A stretch of DNA of 24,000 nucleotides from Streptomyces phage TunaTartare: the sequence record MW822145.1. The stretch is one strand, 5' to 3'. The notes beneath the pieces are model-generated. The model saw nothing but the letters and a program-made list of their open reading frames with translations, made no database searches and was not told the DNA's origin. The translations under genes were made by a program, and so were the position numbers. Shown here piece by piece: positions 21,627-24,000 of this stretch; position 1 is the first letter of the stretch; each line of letters opens with the position of its first letter.

Positions 21627-22055
21627 ATGTCCAGACTAGTGAGATATGCTAGGGCTGCGGCCGAAAAGCCAACTGAAGCAATTGAGGCAATCATTGCCAC
21701 ATCTGCCACACTCGTTGGAATTTGGTTTGTAAGCCCTTACTATAAGCCTGCCGAGTCTGTGTCAGCACAGGCATGGGCCAACGGGACAATTCCACAATGG
21801 ATTGGCGCGTTTCAGACCATTTTGGGATTGACGCTACTCTTTGCTCTGGTCAGAAAGAGTTGGGCAAGAAGGCAAGCGGTTCGTCGTATGACTACGTTTG
21901 CCATTTTTATTCTCTATCTCTTCTACGGACTTTCCTCAACAATCATTCTGGGATTGGGGAGGGTGTCATGGATTACCACTTACGCTCTGGCGTTGACTGC
22001 GGGAGTGGTACATCTAAGGTTGAAGTGGGAGGAGGGTAATCATGCCAGAGATTAG
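21627..22055 (+). CDS. multi-TM membrane protein
   Basis: Several hydrophobic segments (FQTILGLTLLFALV, FAIFILYLFYGLSSTIILG, TYALALTAGVV). Confidence 0.75.
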   Translation: MSRLVRYARAAAEKPTEAIEAIIATSATLVGIWFVSPYYKPAESVSAQAWANGTIPQWIGAFQTILGLTLLFALVRKSWARRQAVRRMTTFAIFILYLFYGLSSTIILGLGRVSWITTYALALTAGVVHLRLKWEEGNHARD

Positions 22056-22341
22056 TCAGGCGTGGCTTGCCCTGCTTGGGGCTTTGCTTGGTGGTTCGGG
22101 ACTTAAGTTTGTTGAATATTGGCTTAGTCGTTCAAAGGTACGTGAAGATGCTGCGGCGCAAATGAGAACAGAGCTTCGTGATGAGATTAAGGGACTTCGT
22201 GAAGAATTGCGAACAGTTGAAGACGAGTTGGACAAATGGCGAGGCAAGTATTATGAGCTTATGGACGAATTCATGAAGGCAAAGGGCGACCTTGCCGAAG
22301 CTCTACGCAATGCGCAGAACAAGGCTAACGGTCAATCTTGA
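22042..22341 (+). CDS. small protein with N-terminal TM and coiled coil
   Basis: MPEISQAWLALLGALLGGSGLKFVEYW + charged coiled coil. Confidence 0.7.
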   Translation: MPEISQAWLALLGALLGGSGLKFVEYWLSRSKVREDAAAQMRTELRDEIKGLREELRTVEDELDKWRGKYYELMDEFMKAKGDLAEALRNAQNKANGQS

Positions 22342-22366
22342 CCAGGAACGGAAAGCTCTGTATAGT
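22338..22366 (+). promoter_or_regulatory. sigma70-type promoter
   Basis: TTGACC-17-TATAGT. Confidence 0.7.
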
Positions 22367-22512
22367 AGTAGGTGCGGCTGGAGAGAGACCAGCAACCTTT
22401 CTGGCGGGGTGAGGGTGAAAACCTGTAGACACACCAGATGCGAGCGGAGCGCATAAACTCCGCATACTAACGATATTCGTAGTAAAATGTTACTTGAGAG
22501 GAGGTGCTTATT

Positions 22513-22794
22513 TTGGCATTTTATCAGGTAACATCTTTCTACTACGACGAGACAACGGGAAACATCTTTATTCAGCTTGCTAAGGATGTAGAGGTTTCTT
22601 ACAGCCACCTTCCAGAGGAACAGCCACAGGATATTTTTGAGGCTCAGATTTTCCTAGATGGTGGAACGACACTCATTGGAAAGTATCGTCCGGCAAGTCA
22701 GGATGCTACTATTGCTGGCGGCCACTTTGGTCGTCAGGCTGGTGCTTCTCCTGACTCACCTGTTGTTGCTCCACTTGAGGACGCTCCAGAGTGA
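22513..22794 (+). CDS. hypothetical protein, TTG start (MAFYQVTSFYYDE)
   Basis: GAGAGGAGG RBS; the track GTG 22504 lies in the RBS. Confidence 0.65.
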   Translation: MAFYQVTSFYYDETTGNIFIQLAKDVEVSYSHLPEEQPQDIFEAQIFLDGGTTLIGKYRPASQDATIAGGHFGRQAGASPDSPVVAPLEDAPE

Positions 22795-22797
22795 TGC

Positions 22798-22827
22798 TTG
22801 ACAGCTCTACACAGTAGATGCTAAGAT
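22798..22827 (+). promoter_or_regulatory. promoter upstream of tRNA-Glu
   Basis: TTGACA-18-TAAGAT; TCTAC-aca-GTAGA in spacer. Confidence 0.65.
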
Positions 22828-22868
22828 AGTTTTACATGGTAAGGCAACCGCCCAAGAGTTGCCAACAT

Positions 22869-22943
22869 GCTCCCGTGGTCTAGTTGGTTTAGGACGCTGG
22901 ACTCTCAATCCAGAGGTCGCCGGTTCGAATCCGGTCGGGAGTA
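22869..22943 (+). tRNA. tRNA-Glu(CTC)
   Basis: GCTCCCG/CGGGAGT, CTGGA-CTCTCAA-TCCAG, TTCGAAT. Confidence 0.9.
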
Positions 22944-23050
22944 CAATGCAATGTCGGGTTCATATACTAAAAGGTTGCAACCATCCCAGACATGCACTAG
23001 GCTCAGTAGGACACATTACGAACCCTCTATAGCCGAGCGGATTTACGGAA

Positions 23051-23088
23051 ATTCCCGATTTACCGCGATAGAAAAGACAATCGGGAAT
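23051..23088 (+). ncRNA. long perfect hairpin upstream of tRNA-Glu(TTC)
   Basis: ATTCCCGATT...AATCGGGAAT, 10 bp, 18-nt loop. Confidence 0.4.
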
Positions 23089-23091
23089 CAT

Positions 23092-23164
23092 GCTCCGGTG
23101 TACGATGGAATGCAGGTAGGGTTTTCACCCCTATTGTTCGCGGGTTCAATTCCCGTCCGGAGTG
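23092..23164 (+). tRNA. tRNA-Glu(TTC)
   Basis: GCTCCGG/CCGGAGT, TAGGG-TTTTCAC-CCCTA, TTCAATT T loop, G73; D arm atypical. Confidence 0.78.
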
Positions 23165-23239
23165 CTTTCAAGGTCATGTCTGATGCGCATGTTAAATACT
23201 ATCAGATTGGTGCTAGCCCAATCAAAAGTGCCTTGTTAT

Positions 23240-23310
23240 TCCGTAGTAGTGAACTGGTATCACTTCTGCTTGCCAAGCAGACAGAGCGGGTTCGATTCCC
23301 GTCTACGGGA
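23240..23310 (+). tRNA. tRNA-Gly(GCC)
   Basis: TCCGTAG/CTACGGG, GTGA/TCAC, TCTGC-TTGCCAA-GCAGA, GCGGG-TTCGATT-CCCGT. Confidence 0.9.
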
Positions 23311-23315
23311 CTTCT

Positions 23316-23345
23316 GGGACTTACATAAAGTAAGTCCCATTTTTC
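23316..23345 (+). terminator. Rho-independent terminator
   Basis: GGGACTTAC-ATAAA-GTAAGTCCC-ATTTTT. Confidence 0.85.
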
Positions 23346-23358
23346 ATTGGAGTGCAAT

Positions 23359-23559
23359 ATGATGGGCATCAGTCTTTGGAGAAATGGTGAGGTTGAGACT
23401 GGAACGTCTCTGGTTTATCTTGGTGAAGCGGTAGTTCTTGAGCACAACAACAAGGGGGAGACCACTCCACACTATTTCGAAACTGAAGCTAAGGCACAGG
23501 AATTTATTATCAAGCAGGCTTACGCTCTGCTTTCTCTTGGATATGAGGTTTATACGTGA
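23359..23559 (+). CDS. hypothetical protein (66 aa)
   Basis: GGAG before ATG 23359; track start is TTG 23347. Confidence 0.65.
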   Translation: MMGISLWRNGEVETGTSLVYLGEAVVLEHNNKGETTPHYFETEAKAQEFIIKQAYALLSLGYEVYT

Positions 23560-24000
23560 TTACTACAGGCAGTAAGGTCAAGGTCAAGGACAATTACGCC
23601 GGGAATCTCGATGGAGTTAAGGGTCGCGTTGCAACTGTTAAGCATGTCAGTCGAAATGATGACGGTGTAGTGCTGTATGTTCTTGACATTGAGGGTAGCT
23701 ATCAGATAGAGTCTAGCTATTACAAGGGTAGCTTCTATACGTACAATGCTGCCGCAATTGTCACCCTTGATGAGATTGAGGAGTTCTCTTACGGTATGAA
23801 GGACTGTAATGGAATGGTTCTTGAGATTGGTGACAAGGTGGTATACAGTGGCAACCGGCCCGGAATTATTCACGGTGAGGTTGTTGATTTCAAGGACCAC
23901 GAAGAGCGACGTTGGGGGCAGAATCGTCAGGTTGTAAAGGTTCAGCTTAAGATTTCTAAGCAGACTGTTCAGTCTGACGGAGGTGACCGACGAGTCTCAG
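23556..24000 (+). CDS. hypothetical protein, 3'-truncated by window end
   Basis: Open GTG-start frame: MITTGSKVKVKDNYAGNLDGVKGRVATVKHV... to base 24000. Confidence 0.7.
   Translation, partial: MITTGSKVKVKDNYAGNLDGVKGRVATVKHVSRNDDGVVLYVLDIEGSYQIESSYYKGSFYTYNAAAIVTLDEIEEFSYGMKDCNGMVLEIGDKVVYSGNRPGIIHGEVVDFKDHEERRWGQNRQVVKVQLKISKQTVQSDGGDRRVS

Noticed and set aside
22367-22420. TPP riboswitch resemblance (GGTGCGGCTGAGAGAG)
   Set aside because: Only the first part resembles THI-box sequence; the GAACCTGAT...GG half is missing.
22867-23328. 153-aa ORF
   Set aside because: It covers tRNA-Glu(CTC), tRNA-Glu(TTC) and tRNA-Gly; not a credible protein.
422-23900. Many reverse-strand ORFs in the track, some long (e.g. 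15000-15836, 17265-18209)
   Set aside because: They are antisense to well-supported + strand genes or tRNAs, lack recognisable motifs and consistent RBS, and look like shadows of codon-biased sense genes.
1-24000. CRISPR arrays, rRNA, integrase or transposons
   Set aside because: No repeat-spacer pattern, rRNA-like sequence, recombinase motif or terminal repeats seen; the HNH genes are the only mobile-type elements.

Overview
All credible genes lie on the + strand. The window looks like the early/accessory region of a large, tRNA-rich actinobacteriophage (the Streptomyces-phage affinity is inference from gene content). It holds about 20 tRNA or tRNA-like genes, a tmRNA, three small HNH endonuclease genes and many small ORFs. 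It also encodes RNA-repair enzymes (T4 Rnl1-like RNA ligase and polynucleotide kinase/phosphatase), a macro-domain protein, an rIIA/rIIB-like pair, metallophosphoesterase, VWA, SPFH/band-7 and WhiB-like proteins. Main unusual observations: (1) the tmRNA gene (4651-5426, tag ANYKNASAYALAA) contains a complete HNH ORF between its tag ORF and its 3' tRNA-like part. (2) Five genes (three HNH, two membrane proteins) have an ATG exactly 6 nt after a -10 hexamer, predicting leaderless mRNAs; inverted repeats overlap four of these promoters. (3) A recurring intercistronic element of a variable-sequence GC-rich hairpin plus invariant AAGCTT occurs at least 10 times. (4) Several tRNAs are odd: an initiator-like tRNA-Met, class-I tRNAs with Leu anticodons, tRNA-Phe with aberrant loops, tRNA-His lacking an encoded G-1, recurrent G1:U72. 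(5) Several structured RNA candidates lie between the tRNAs. All structures were folded by eye and no database search was run.
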